In this document: positions 34,358 through 47,400 of the stretch, piece after piece
How positions within the stretch are numbered: the first letter of the stretch is position 1
How the letters are laid out: each line of letters starts with the position of its first letter
DNA from: Squalus acanthias
Lineage: Eukaryota
Assembly: GCA_030390025.1 (NCBI GenBank)
Contig: CM059433.1
Location: 11,286,001 to 11,350,000, forward strand
Length of the DNA stretch: 64,000 nucleotides
Reading direction: 5' to 3'
Made by a program: the position numbers and the translations under genes
The notes under the pieces: generated by a model
The model's database searches: none
Told to the model about the DNA's origin: nothing
Seen by the model: the letters and a program-made list of their open reading frames with translations, nothing else

Positions 34358-35599
34358 GGGGGCAATTTCCCCCAGATACTTTAGGTGCTAAAGAACCTCC
34401 GAGGTGGCCAAGATGAGGTCTTAAGCTGAAACGCGGGCTTAGCCCGTGTTTAGCGTAAGACGTCATCTTGGTAACGGAATTGAAACTTGCGCTAAGGACA
34501 GCCGTCTGGAGGATTGGGGGCTGATTGCCACTTAAATTTCCTGCTGGCACTCATTAAGGAGGCTGTGTGGCATTTTGGTGGCTAACGTTGGCCTAACCTC
34601 CTCTCCTAACGGCGATCAGCTGTTTGGAAGTAAACTAGTCGTTGCTGAGGATTTTGAGTGCTACTTAAAGTTATATCACCTTTTACTATTCACTTGCTCA
34701 TGGAGGTTTGAAGAGGACTTTTGAAACACATCTGGAGACTTTCTGGAACACTTTGTCAAGACTTCACCAACACTCGAGCAACATTTATTCTGCAAATTAC
34801 ATAGGATTACATAGGATATACGGCACAGAAACAGGCCATTCGGCCCAACCAGTCCATGTCGGTGTTTATGCTCCACTCGAGCCTCCTCCCATCTTTCGTT
34901 ATCTAACTCTATCAGCCTAACCCTCTATTCCCTTCTCCCTCATATGCTTGACTAGCCTCCCCTTAAATGCATCGATACTATTTACTTCAACCACACTGAT
35001 TTTCTGCGGACTTCACCTAAAGAGAGTGAGTGCTGTGCTACTCCACCTTATTGGACACAATATAGGAGTCACCAGGAGAAAGGGAGTGCTGGGTCATGGG
35101 CATCTTGATAAGGGTCTCCCTTGGTCTGCAGGAGGAATGGGAGGAGGAGATGAGGCCAGGCGGAGCAGCACCAGCTGCTGCAGGAGAGAGGGACAGGAGG
35201 GCGAGGTGGACTCCTTCCTCCCTGCGGGTACAGGACATCCCTCCTCCTCTGGACCTCACTCACTAGGACCTCTGGTGCCACATCCAAAAACCTGTGCGCC
35301 CTCTCAATCGGTCCCTGAGCCATCCTGAAACTTGCTGCTGTCAGCCAGCACACTCCACACTTTCAGTGGAAGTGGGTGCGTGGAGCCCACATATACTGCT
35401 CCATGAAAATTGGGTCTAATCAGCGTTTGAATGCGAAACCTGCAGGTGTCTGTTTAGCAGCTGCCGGCAAGCTCAAATGATGATAACCAAGAATTAGGAC
35501 CAAAATAGCTTGCTAAAACCAGACTTTCAAACAGGCGTATCTTATTAGCACAGCCCCCATTTAGTGCCTATTTTCACCTGTTCACCAAAAATAACCCCC
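34358..35599. mobile_element. Internally deleted Harbinger element with convergent ORF starts, interrupted by a CR1 tail (~34800-34990, -)
   Basis: Termini GGGGGCAATTT / AAATAACCCCC. The + strand has a transposase-leader-like start (MGILIRVSLGLQEEWEEE...). It is fused at ~35200 to a - strand Myb/SANT start, MAQGPIERAHRFLDVAPEVLVSEVQRRRDVLYPQGGR. Confidence 0.65.
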
Positions 35600-35604
35600 A
35601 AAAT

Positions 35605-35752
35605 ATTTTTGTTAGGTAAGGGTATTAAGGGATATGGCACTAAGGCAGTTAAATGGAGTTAAGATACAGATCAGCCATGATCTTACTGAATGGTGGAACA
35701 AGCTCGAGGGGCTGAATGGCCTCTGCCTGTTTCTACCTTTTTATGTTCCTAA
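35605..35752 (+). mobile_element. CR1 3' tail fragment
   Basis: AAGGGTATTAAGGGATATGG...GATCAGCCATGATCTTACTGAATGG...TTATGTTCCT. Confidence 0.75.
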
Positions 35753-37325
35753 ATAATTAGTATAATCCCCGCTACATTTGGCCAACACATAGTAGCAGCA
35801 AAACGTTTTATTTTTTAAATGATTTGATTTCCTGTAATATATTAATTGATATTCCTCGGGCAATTCTGAACATTATGATCATTGATTATTGTTTCAAAAA
35901 TGCACCCACCATCTACTTGTTTTTTTGATCCAAAAGATTTTTAATTATCCGGAATTTGAATTGAGCAATTGTATTAAAATGGCACAGAAGGCTTTATTAG
36001 CACAATTTCAATTTAAATACTCCTATTAATTTGAATTAACCGTCTTCAAATTAATAGGAGTAGACTGTGGTATTTTGATGAGACGTGATGGCTTTACTCA
36101 AATGTTATGCCTGTAAATATTACCATAATAAATTAATTAGATGGGTGAATATATTAAGAAGGAAAACCAACAGTGATTAAATAGAATAGTGACAGTGAAA
36201 AAAATGCATTGATTTTATTCGGATGTCGGACATTCGAACATATAGTAGCAACTTCTGTTTTTGACACAGATAGTCACCATGCAATGTATATATTCTAGTG
36301 CAACCATTTTCAGTGTGTTATTTTCCTACAATTTCTCCATTAAAGTGGGTGAAGTGAGAGCTAATTTCTATTCAGTAGCTGTTTAGCTAGACCTCCTATT
36401 GGTAACAGTGTGATTAATGTTATGAATATTAATAAGACCCAAGGGTTTACTCTAACACTAATTATTTTTTATTTGGTTTCAACAGCAATATCAAATATTT
36501 CAGAGGAAATCAATTCCTCAGCTAGTTCATCGTAACTGAGGGCAAAATAGGAAGTGACATACTTCAGTCTTAATCATTTTTGTATAAGTTAGTCATTCAG
36601 AAATTTGAGGGCAGGAACGTACAGTCTATCGTGTAGGCAAATGAAAGGGAAAAAGATTTCAAAAGAAAATGCACAGCTTTGTTTCCTAACTTCCAAACAC
36701 TGTATATAAAGCGCTATGCCAATAATATAAGTGTTGCCAATCTGGATTTGAAGACCAATTAAATAATAACCGCAAGGCCTAGAGGGACAGTATAAAGGTT
36801 TGAAACCAAGTAATTAAATAAAGACTAAGATGAACTAGTGCTTGCTATCCTCTCGTGAGGGGCCTCTGAGCTATTGTTTTTAATTGTATTCATCAATTAT
36901 TTTTCTATTTTTTGAAATTCAAAGGAAGGTCCAGCATGGTGATAGGCTGTGAGGCAGTACAGCAGAGTCAGAGTATGTGTGATCATGATCTCAAATCACT
37001 CTCTATCCTGATCTTGACATCAGGGAGACATGGGGGGAGGGTGTATCAATGCTGCTTCAGAACCTGACATAGAGTAGCATCATCGAGCGTCACAGCACAG
37101 AAACTCATTCAGCCCATCAACGAGAGCGGCGTTGGCAGACATCCGATTGGGAGTTCCTTCCCCCACCCACTTTGTTGCACATGAATCAAGTGTGCTATGG
37201 GACACCTAAAAAGGGAGGACATTCATTGTTTTAAAAGTACAGATATTTTTTTTAATGATTGCGATTAATATAGGAATAATTTTGCCAATGTTCTGTTGAA
37301 CTTTAGAGTCAAGTTCAAGTTATTT

Positions 37326-38193
37326 CAGGCCGCGATTTTATTAATGGAGGCGGGTTGAGTGCGGGAGAGCTGGTTTCTGGCTTCCAGTCCCTCCCCCAGC
37401 TGCAACTGGTCCACAGACGTGATTTTCCCTTGATTGACCTTGTTAAACCCGCCTGGCCATTTAACAGGAAGCAGGTCTGATGACATCATTTGATGACGCG
37501 TCATCTGCCGGTTTCCTTAAAGGGACCACGCACAATTTTATTTTGACAGTTGATTTCTTAGTGTTTGACAGCATTGAGGTGCTGAAAACATTGACAATCA
37601 CTGCACAAAGGTGAACTCTTGCACCCAGACTCTCCAATGACTCCCTCCATAGGCTGGAATAGATGGCAGCTGCAGGTGAGGTGACAGAAGCGATCTGTCG
37701 CTGGTGAGAGAGGTTCTCCCAATGAGGTGGCACTGGACATGGATTTAAAAACTTGTAAGCTAAAGAAATCTGTAAATGTATTAAAAATGCAGTACCCAAC
37801 ATTTTCTTCGCTCTGAAACTCACCAGTGCAACATTGGATCCTTCACACCACTTCTGCAGCTGTCATCAATCCACAAACATTACAGCAGACTCACAACACG
37901 CCACACTTACCTGGCGTGATGTCCGGATGTTGGGAATCCCGAGCCAGAAGTGTCAAAATCCAAAAACAGGCTGAAAACTACTGGCAAGTACCTGTTAATA
38001 GGCAAGTAATTGCCTTTAATCCGCTTCCCGCCGCTAGGTGTCGGCTCTATTCGCAAATCGGGGACCCGACACTTGGGAAAGCTGTTTGGAGGCGGGTTGA
38101 CGGTGGGATCGGAACACGCCATATATCAAAATGAATTTAACCTCTGACCCGCCTCCAAACCCGCCCTCTGAGCGCTGGCAAAATCGCGGCCTG
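37326..38193. mobile_element. MITE with perfect 14-bp TIRs
   Basis: CAGGCCGCGATTTT ... AAAATCGCGGCCTG; related to 51460-52307. Confidence 0.8.
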
Positions 38194-38816
38194 GGTTGCT
38201 TCTGGCTGTTACAAAATCCAACAGTGCTGTCCCTATGTTTGAGGTTATCTTGAGGCAGATGGCACATCTGGGTAACTGTATCCTGCTGAAAGTGAGCCTT
38301 CGGAGGTAGCACGCCTCAGTCCTCGCCAGGTAGCTGTGCCTGGGGCTGTAGATATGATGGGTGGCGTAGTGGAATGTTTGCTTAGGGCCCCTCGATACCT
38401 CTGGCAGCCCTTCTCTGCTCCGGTCGCTCAGTGCAACACAGGAACAATATGTAAGAACTGCAGTTTCATGTGCTCGCTCCTTGAGTGCCAATAATGACAA
38501 GGTTTGCTTTGTTTATATCGTTACTCGTACAATTTGGGCAAGGAAACGCACGGTCCACTGGAAGGCCCTGTAGCGATTTTAACTCTACTACTCAGTAGGC
38601 AAGAAATGTGCACGGGTTCACTACTCTGGGAATTACTGCTTCCAAACCAGCAGAAGAAAGCATCCTGGCAACAATTGCCAGGCTGCAGTTCATAAAGTCC
38701 ATGCCAACCGTAGCAATTGCTTGCAGTCTCCTGATAGTAATCCTCCATTATTTGCTGTACTCCTATTAAATAATTTATTACGGTCACCCCACGCATGCAG
38801 TTCAAAATCTAATATT

Positions 38817-39591
38817 GGCCCTGAATTTCCGATCGGGGGTTTCCTGCGGGCGGATGCCTCCGATCGGCAAAAACTATCTACAGACCTACCTGCTGGTCCC
38901 GGAGATACGGAGGCTTCCGATCCTGGGCCTCTCCTCTTGGAAATGCGCAGAGGCCCAGGTATCCCAGGGGCGCAGGCGGTTCGCAAGCGCCCCTGGGATC
39001 ACGTGGGCCATGGGGAACCAATGGGAGAAGGGAATCCCCCTTTATACTTTTGACAGTTCCGTACGCACAGAACTGCCAAAAGTATGAATGGGGATGACTG
39101 CAAAAATGCACCAACACACTGAAATAAATAAATAAAAACCACTACATTTATATAATTAATTAAAATGGCATTTAATTAAATATGTTAAACAAAAATTAAA
39201 TTTTTTGAATTTTTTTTTAATATGTTTTAACGGGGTTTAATATAAACTTACCTTATTGGACAGGGTTTTTAATTTATAAGTGAGTGATAAAATCTTATTT
39301 TTCTATTTTTTAAAACTCTTATGCTGGTAAAAGCGGGCCTTATGCCTGCTTTTACCAGGCGTAAGAATTCTATGGCCTTTCAGCAGGCGGAAGTTGAGCA
39401 AATAGCCCAACTCTCCACCCGCGGAGGCACTTTTCTTGGGCATGCGGACGATCTGTCACGAGGATTCGTGACAGATCGCAAGTTCTGGGTTTCAGCGCGT
39501 GCGCCTCGCGCGCCTAAACCCGGCACTTGCGCGGCCCCTACGGGCGCGTGCGCACCTCGTACGCACCCGTGGGGGTCGCAAAATAGGGCCC
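38817..39591 (-). mobile_element. MITE family A-related, opposite orientation
   Basis: GGCCCTGAATTTCCGATCGG...AAAATAGGGCCC; colinear with 23333-24049. Confidence 0.85.
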
Positions 39592-41990
39592 AATGTAAAA
39601 TTACTCTTAAGCCTTCATAGACAATCTTGCAGTTACTTAGCATCTTTAACACAGAGAAACTCTCCGGGGCAATTTTGCAAAGGACAGAAAGAGGAGTAGC
39701 CGCCACACTTTGAGAAAGTGTGGATGACATTGGTTGAAGTCTCCCAAATGAGTGAAGCCCCACAGTATCATTATTTTTAATTAGGCGTTGTTCAGCTTTG
39801 TTAAAATCAGTAATTAGTGCATTTGCTTGGGTCTGCCTCTGAATACCTTCCTCAACAGATGTTTTTAATCCACTAGCAGGAGTTGACTAAGGTGGCATAA
39901 AGCCCACGCTGGAAAATAAGACTTGAGTCTGGATTTTAATCTAACGCACCCGGCGAGGATTAAAATTGGGCCGGGTGTAAATTGGGCATCTAACCTGGAC
40001 GGGCCCTGCCGTTGCTGAGTACATCAGGTTAACATTGGGGGTTTGGTGTGGGCAACATACGGGGCTGATTTTTCATCTCCATTTTCGGGCGAGAACAAGG
40101 CGGTAGAACAGGGAAAATGGCCGTGCGTTATTTACTGACCCGCTCCCACTATCGATCTGCTTGCCACTGTTTCCGTCTAGTCCTGGAAAAGGCCAGCCAG
40201 AGCGCCTTCCTGTTTCAGATTAAAGGTATACAAATCGACATCTTATGGCGCACGTAGGACCTCGATGCAATGTTCACATAATGATGTACGGAGCTGCTGA
40301 CACACATGCCTCGCCCATTGGTGCCTTGCGTAGAGCAGGACCTTAAAGGAACACCTACAGGCCACTCAAAGAACAGTAAGTAAAGCTTTTTTTTCAATGA
40401 ATGTAGGATCATTTTCCCACTCGCTGACGGTCCCTCCGTAGCCACCATCCATCTCCCTCCCAGGGTTGCCTCGCCAACAGAAATGAATTTCTAACTGGAT
40501 GGTGAAAAACAATTGCAAAGCAATTACAAAAAGTATTAGAAGATTATTTCTCGGAGAGTTTTCCAGAATGTGCACAGGTTTAAAGCTCTGTTCTTCATTA
40601 TTAGCTCGGCAAACTCCACACAGCTTGTGTAAGGTATTTGTAGAGACCTGAACGACAACATTCAAAGCCCATAAAAGTTAATGACTGTGTTTAGCATGGT
40701 TGAAAAGAGAAAGCGTAGGCAATGTTTTTACTTTCAATTGCTAAAATGTAATATAGCAACTCCCGGATACACATCTTAAATACCTGATTACCGCAGATAT
40801 ATAGGATTGATGATGAGGAGTGCTGGTTTCCTGTAAAAATAAATGACAGAGTGACAACAGACCACCTAACCCATAAACATGAGGGCGAAGTGTGTTATGC
40901 TAGTCCAATATAGAGACAGTTTATTTTCCGTATAAAACAGTGCTTTCTGCTGTTCGCCTTATTTTGTTTTAGGTGTATTTTTGGGTGAAGGGGTTGAAAA
41001 GCAAATGTTGTTTTATTTATAATGCTTTATTTTGTCAACAGTTTGTATTTTAATACTCCTCCAGTATTGTGTAAGTACACTTCCGCTCAGGGAGTGATGT
41101 CCCAGCCATCTGCATCTGCGTGGGTTACTGTTGGACTTCATGTCTGGCAGGGGTAGTCTGAACCTAACTGGACGCTAGACTGTGGTGTATTTGCAGTGCT
41201 ATCTGAATGGTAATACAGCTCTAGGACTGCGGGAGCCGAGGTAACGATGAGACAGAGAGGCCCAGAAAGAGAAGGGGCAAGGTATGGGACATTGAGAAAG
41301 AGTTTGGACGTGTGCAGGCGGTTCATTGAGAGAGAGAAAAAAGAAAGACAAAAAGCAACGGGTAACAGCGTGGAAGGGAAGGGACAGAACAGTAGAATGT
41401 GGAGCCAAGCAGATGAAATGCTGGTAAGGATTGATGAAAAGCAAGCTTGTGCTCCCGCCAGCACAAATAAAATAGTCCTAACCAACACATAAACCACTGG
41501 AACTAAGCTGTCATTTCTCAAACCACACGTGTGGTATTTTAAAATCTATAAAACCACAAAGTTAGTTTTCTCATTTCTGTGACTGCAAAATAAGATAGAT
41601 AGGATCATGTTCAAAGCTGCTTCAGTGACACTTTCCATTGAAATTCCTGGCCAATTGTTTTGGTTGTCTCTCTTCCAACCTGTTTCTTTAATTAATACTA
41701 TTATAACCAGCTAAATATCTGAAGAATTTACTGCAGATTTTATATTCACCAGTGCCATCAAAAGGCACCTAAAATAAAAGCACAGTCCCAATTTTGCGAC
41801 TTTACATAATTGGAATTGTGCAGGCTTGTGGCGGGGTCAGAGGGAGGCGGTGGGCTTGCCCCCTTCTTTGAATGGGTTACAAGCAGACGGCAAGCTTACC
41901 CAGAGAGTTTGGCCTAACCAGCAGCAGCTGATTAAGGGCTGCATCTCACCATAAAGCGGAAATTGTGGTGGAGACAGAAAAGTGGGCTAA

Positions 41991-42470
41991 TTAGACTTGA
42001 CTATTCCAAAGCACTCCTGGCTGGCCTCCAACATTCTACCCTATACTTGAGGTCGTCCAAAACTCGGCTGCCCGTGTCCTAACTCGCACCAAGTCCCGTT
42101 CGCCCATCACCCCTGTGCTCGCTGACCTACATTGGCTCCCGGTTAAACAGCGCCTTCGATTTCAAAATTCTCATCCTTGTTTTCAAATCCCTCCATGGCC
42201 TCGCCCCTTCCTATCTCTGTAATCTCCTCCAGCCCCACAACCCCCCGAGATATCTGCGCTCCTCTAATTCTGCCCTCTTGAGCATCCCTGATTATAATCG
42301 CTCAACCATTGGTGGCCGTGCCTTCTGTTGCCTAGGCCCCTTTGACCAAGCTTTTGGTCACCTGCCCTAATTTCTCCTTATGTGGCTCGGTGTCAAAAAC
42401 GTTGTCTTATAATACTCCTGTGCAGCGCCTTGGGATGTTTTACTACGTTAAAGGCGCTATATAAATACAA
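41991..42470 (+). mobile_element. L2 LINE 3' fragment
   Basis: RLDYSKALLAGL...VQNSAARVLTRTKSRSPITPVLADLHWLPVKQR...FKILILVFKSLHGLAPSYL...GGRAFCCLGP; tail AAAGGCGCTATATAAATACAA. Confidence 0.92.
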
Positions 42471-45217
42471 CCTGAATATTAATGAACAGAAATAATTTCT
42501 CTTCGTGAGGCCATAGAGTTGATATGAAGAGCCCTGATATCCACATGTGTACCACATGCAACGCTTTGTAAACGAGGGGACCTTGGCACCCAGTGAAAGG
42601 GCTACCTCCTAATCAGCTGCTGCCTCCATTCCACAGGAAAATTTATGTAAGTGTTGATCCCTGGAATTTCTCGGTAGAGTTTCTTGGCCACTGGTTCCAT
42701 CAACTGAGCCATCGGTATTCTTGGAACAATCAGAACAAAGCTCAGCAAGTGTACATGAGGGATTGGCCTCCTAACGGGAGCTTCCTAATGGGTGCAGACC
42801 AGAATCAACCACACAAATGCATGCAACATTGCACACAGCAAGGATGCCCACGCTGCACTTTAATCCCATAACAAACTGTCATGGCAATCAAAGTGTGAAC
42901 AACACAATAGGTATCTCTGATGAAGAACTATCAACTCTAACTTCCAGAGAGGAAGGAACTCTTCATGGAGTTTACACCTCGTGGAAGGAGGATATACTTT
43001 TTTTACATTGACAACTCCAATAAGAACAGTATCAGGGATTTGTCAGAGACTGAATTAAAAATGATTAATGTTGAGACATGAATGTGATGTGGGTGCCCTT
43101 ATTAAATAAGCAATTAACTTTTACTCTGCTACTGAATTACTGGCAACACTTCTGCTGATCTTCGTCTTTATTCAAAGATCATACTGGATTTTACTAAGAT
43201 AAAGTGGCATGTTTAGACTAACATGGCTTAATTCAATTACTGCAGAGCACAGTGTAGAGAAAGCGCAGACACATCAAATCTCATATTAGTATGGTCTGAA
43301 AATTATAACCTTGTTTTCTTTCTGAACATGGCGCATAAATAGTTATGCAATTCTGAAAGCATTATTGTGTCAATCAAGTTACTGCCATAAATACATATTT
43401 ATTACTTGGGCTTTAGAATTGATTTTTATGACAACTCATTAAATGTCATAAATATTCAATAAGCAATCTAACCTCGGAACCCAATGAGCAACCAAGTCAC
43501 AAGTGGGTTGTGAAAGTAAAGTTGCATGCTGAATATTTATGTTACTTAGTGAGTTTATGCTGGGCGTTCTAGTTAAAATGCGTTTAAAACATATCATTAT
43601 TAATGCACCTTTGTTTTAAACTTCCAGGCTGGACGCTGTTGCTCCAGTCCATTATTAGAGTTGCTTCCAAAAGCTTTATCCACTGTGCTCAAGTCAAGTT
43701 TATTCCGAGGGTCCCAATTTTTTTTGCGTGTGAATGATTTTCAGCTGCAGTCTCTGCACTCCGAGCTAAACCCACTGGGTTGTCTTAATTTAATATGCTC
43801 CCGGCCTGGACTTGACCTCCCACTGGGAACTGGCTCAGTGAGAATGGGAGGGGAGACAATCCAGCTATTGCTGGAGCTCTTAAACAGCGGTGGCTGCCAT
43901 TTAAAGGGGAGTTGTTAATTGGAAGCAGGAAATAGAGCAGCGACAGCAGGTAAGAACCTCATAGTTGGCTCATGCAATTTTGGAACCGCAGCTTGACAAA
44001 GTTGGCAAAGGAGCGTTGTCCTGTTTGGCACTCCATTTCTGTTACTGTACTCACTCAATTATACACTCAAGCACAACTTCATGACAGGTTTATTACCATG
44101 TACCGTACTATTTAAAGGAATGTTTTGCAGACTGCATTCTAAGCTATATTTTTTTTGTACAGAAGTTCCCCTAAGCCCAGTCAGTGCTCTCAGTTGCACG
44201 GAAGATGACAGCACTTCATAGCACCCAGTGTCGTTCACTCCCCCTGTTGCAGTATCCAGCACAGGTACATCCACCTCAGGGGGCTTAGTCAGTCAGTTTG
44301 AGGTGAATTACAGAGGATGATTGAGCAGGGGCATGTGCTGGTGAAAGCGGAGAAGCAGGAACCTTCTGGCTGGAGGACCAGCTTCTAAGCTGCAAACCCT
44401 TTGGATTTGGACCCATGAGAGAAGGTTGCTATCCGAGTCCAATTGTTATCTACAATTATTTGGGTTTGTCCAAACTACCCTGCATGGAGAGGTGGTGTGA
44501 ATAGGCAGCCTGTTCTGATGTTTCCTCTTCCTTCCCTGACCCCTCCACTTGCTCTTCCTCACTTGTGAATACTGTTTTCACTGGTGCTTCTTCCTCAACC
44601 TCACTAACTATCTGCTCCAGGCAACCAGTGGCTGGGCTGGTGCTGGCTGCAGGAGAACTGCTTGATGCAAGTTGTGTAGCTTTGCAGGAAGACTGTCAAC
44701 CTGTCCTGGGATTTAATCTAGTGAAGACCTTACAGGAAAAGAAAAGGACAGCACTATAGTGCATCCCCAAGATAATGCTGACAAATACGGGCAAGTATCT
44801 GAAATAGCTGCTTAGCAAGTGTAGGAAGAAGATAGGGAGTGTGGGAAATATGTGAAAGGAAAGAGGATACCTGTTTGGTGATGGCACTCCTCCTCCAAAC
44901 TTGGCATTCCCGAAGCCATCCACCATTTCCCTGGGGAAGAGAGCAAGGGCTCCTCTGCAGGTTTGTCTGAGTCCTCTTCTGGTGATTGTCTGCAGCCTTG
45001 ACCTACAAGTAGAACACAGTGCAGAAAATCAGAGGGACTCATTACAACCCCAAACTGCAGCCCCAAGCCCACAACATCTCCTACCAGTGGTCCGGCCTTG
45101 TGTTTGTGAAAGGTGTTGTACGAAGGTAAACATGTGGTCTTCAGCCTGTAGCCCCTAATTCTGGATGGCAAACTTCCTAGGGTGAACTAGGCGACACGCA
45201 CGTGAAATCGAGTCCAC

Positions 45218-45430
45218 TTACCTTGGACTCTGCGGACTCCAGAAACTTCTTCTGCATTCACTTCTGGGTCCTTCGGACCAGGGAGACAGCATTGGCTTGC
45301 TCGGCCACCTCTTTCCAGGCAGCTTGAACTATGGCCTTCACAGGAGGATGAGTCTCTATCCCAAACTGAGCCACCCTTCTGTGCTGCACCTCTTTATGAC
45401 AAATTTAGAAGCTTTGCTGCCTTAAATTGG
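45218..45430 (-). pseudogene. Harbinger Myb/SANT-like ORF remnant (element probably spans ~44280-45540)
   Basis: KEVQHRRVAQFG...AAWKEVAEQANAVSLVRRTQK*MQKKF followed by an AG/GTAAGT donor. Confidence 0.7.
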
Positions 45431-46452
45431 ATATTCACCATCAAAAGCCCAGTGGAAGAACATGAATCTAAAAAGCTGGCGTATAACAATACAAGGAGAC
45501 ATGGGGTGGCGGGGGTTGTGGGGGTGGGGGAGAATTACCCTAGTGACATAAGCTCCTTTTATACTGTGAGAAGTTGGGTGCTAGGGTCATGGGTTGTGTG
45601 AGACCAAGGTGTCAAGAACTGACGCCCCCACTCAGTGCTGTATAAAAGAACTAATGGGTAGCAACCTCAAAAACTTTTTTTTTGCACTGCATTGCACATA
45701 GCAGCCAGAGCAACTACTCTGCCACATATTCAGGGGATAGCGTGGATGAATACTTAGCATTAACAAATCTAAAACGTGAAGCAGGAGGATTGAGTTGGGT
45801 GCACCTTAATAATCTCCCTGAGAGTAGTTGCGATAACCTGGGAGTTAATGGGGTGATTTTCGGCAATGGCGTAGATCCGGCAGGGGCTTAGGCAAGGCGC
45901 CCGCTCCGCCCGTCTGATGCGGTTGGCGGGAGGCCCGATCAGTTTTCATGCTCGGGCCTCACTTGCCGCTAAAGGGCAGCGTTAACCGCGCTGCTTATGG
46001 GCAGCTTACCATTTGGGAGGGTGGGAAGTTCTCAGGAGCGGCCGATTGTCAGGGGCACCTTTAAAGGTGGAAGCATTGGGAGCAGCAGTTTTCAGTAGCA
46101 GGGGAATTTTAGCAGCACCAAGGAGGCGAAATAATGGAAGTAATAAAGGCTCAAAACACACAAGGAGCTGGAGAAAAAATAAATGTCAGATCAGCTTCCA
46201 ACTTTCCCTGATGGCAGCTAAAGACCCCTTCAAATATGGCTGGAAATGGTCACGTCACGAATTGTATTGCATATGGCGTTGGGGTCTGAACTGCATCATT
46301 TGACCCCTAGTTGTAGACATTTCTGCACAGCTCGCCTGGTTCCAGCCACCTAAATTGGGGTCCAATGGGAAGAGGCAGACTCCAGCAATAAGTCGACGGC
46401 ACTTTTCAATTTTCGTCTGCTATTCTCAAATTTACAGACGTAAGCAAAGCAG

Positions 46453-46812
46453 GAACATAAGAACATAAGAACATACAAAATTGGAACAGGAGTAGGCCAT
46501 ACGGCCCCTCGAGCCTGCTCCGCCATTCAATAAGATCATGGCTGATCATCGACCTCAACTCCACTTTCCCGCCCGATCTCCATATCCCTTGATTCCCCTA
46601 AAGTCCAAAAATCTATCGATCTCAGCCTTGAATATACTCAAAGACTCAGCAACCACAGCCCTCTGGGGCAGAGAATTCCAAAGATTCACAACCTTCTGAG
46701 TGAAGAAATTCCTCCTCATCTCAGTCTTAAATGGCTGACCCCTAATCCTGAGACTGTGACCCCTAGTTCGAGACACTCCAGCCAGGGGGAAACAACCTCT
46801 CAGCATCTACCC
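46453..46812 (-). mobile_element. CR1 3' fragment
   Basis: ORF 46555..46806 TRGHSLRIRGQPFKTEMRRNFFTQKVVNLWNSLPQRAV; tail (AAGAACAT)n. Confidence 0.9.
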
Positions 46813-47400
46813 GCGGGATAAAAATCAGCTCCAGTACCTTTAAGCAACACATTGACCAATCATTGATGAGTTTATATTAATGAGAGCGTTTTAAATTCAG
46901 TTATTAATGGTGTGATCCAAGAGGAGTTTGTCTCCCATACTAATATAAGAAATGAATTAAAAAAGTTATTGAAGAGAAAGGTTTGCTTCTTGTCACAATC
47001 CTTTCGACAGCCCTTTGTTGTGAGAAATGCTCTTTTGTTTCCAAGAAAATTACGTTTGATTGCTAACTAAAACAGTTCCGTCTAACTGAGACATTGCCTT
47101 GTCTTTAATTGACCATTTTCCACTCTATGGTCAGAGTGCTAAAAGTCACATTCAATTGCCTAGTTGAAGTGGCTAATTTCCATTTAGAGTGGTAAATTTG
47201 AATAATTTCAGCGAGCACTCTGTAGGACTAACTTATTACCTGCAGTAAATTAAGCTGGAGTGGGTCAAAATATTCAACCTTGCTTGCTTGGCATTAAATG
47301 TGGATGGTTAACGCTGCATAACTTTCAAAAGTGTCTTTGCATCTGACAGGCTCAATATCTGATCCTCAGAGCACTGATACCACAAACAGCATAAATGAAC

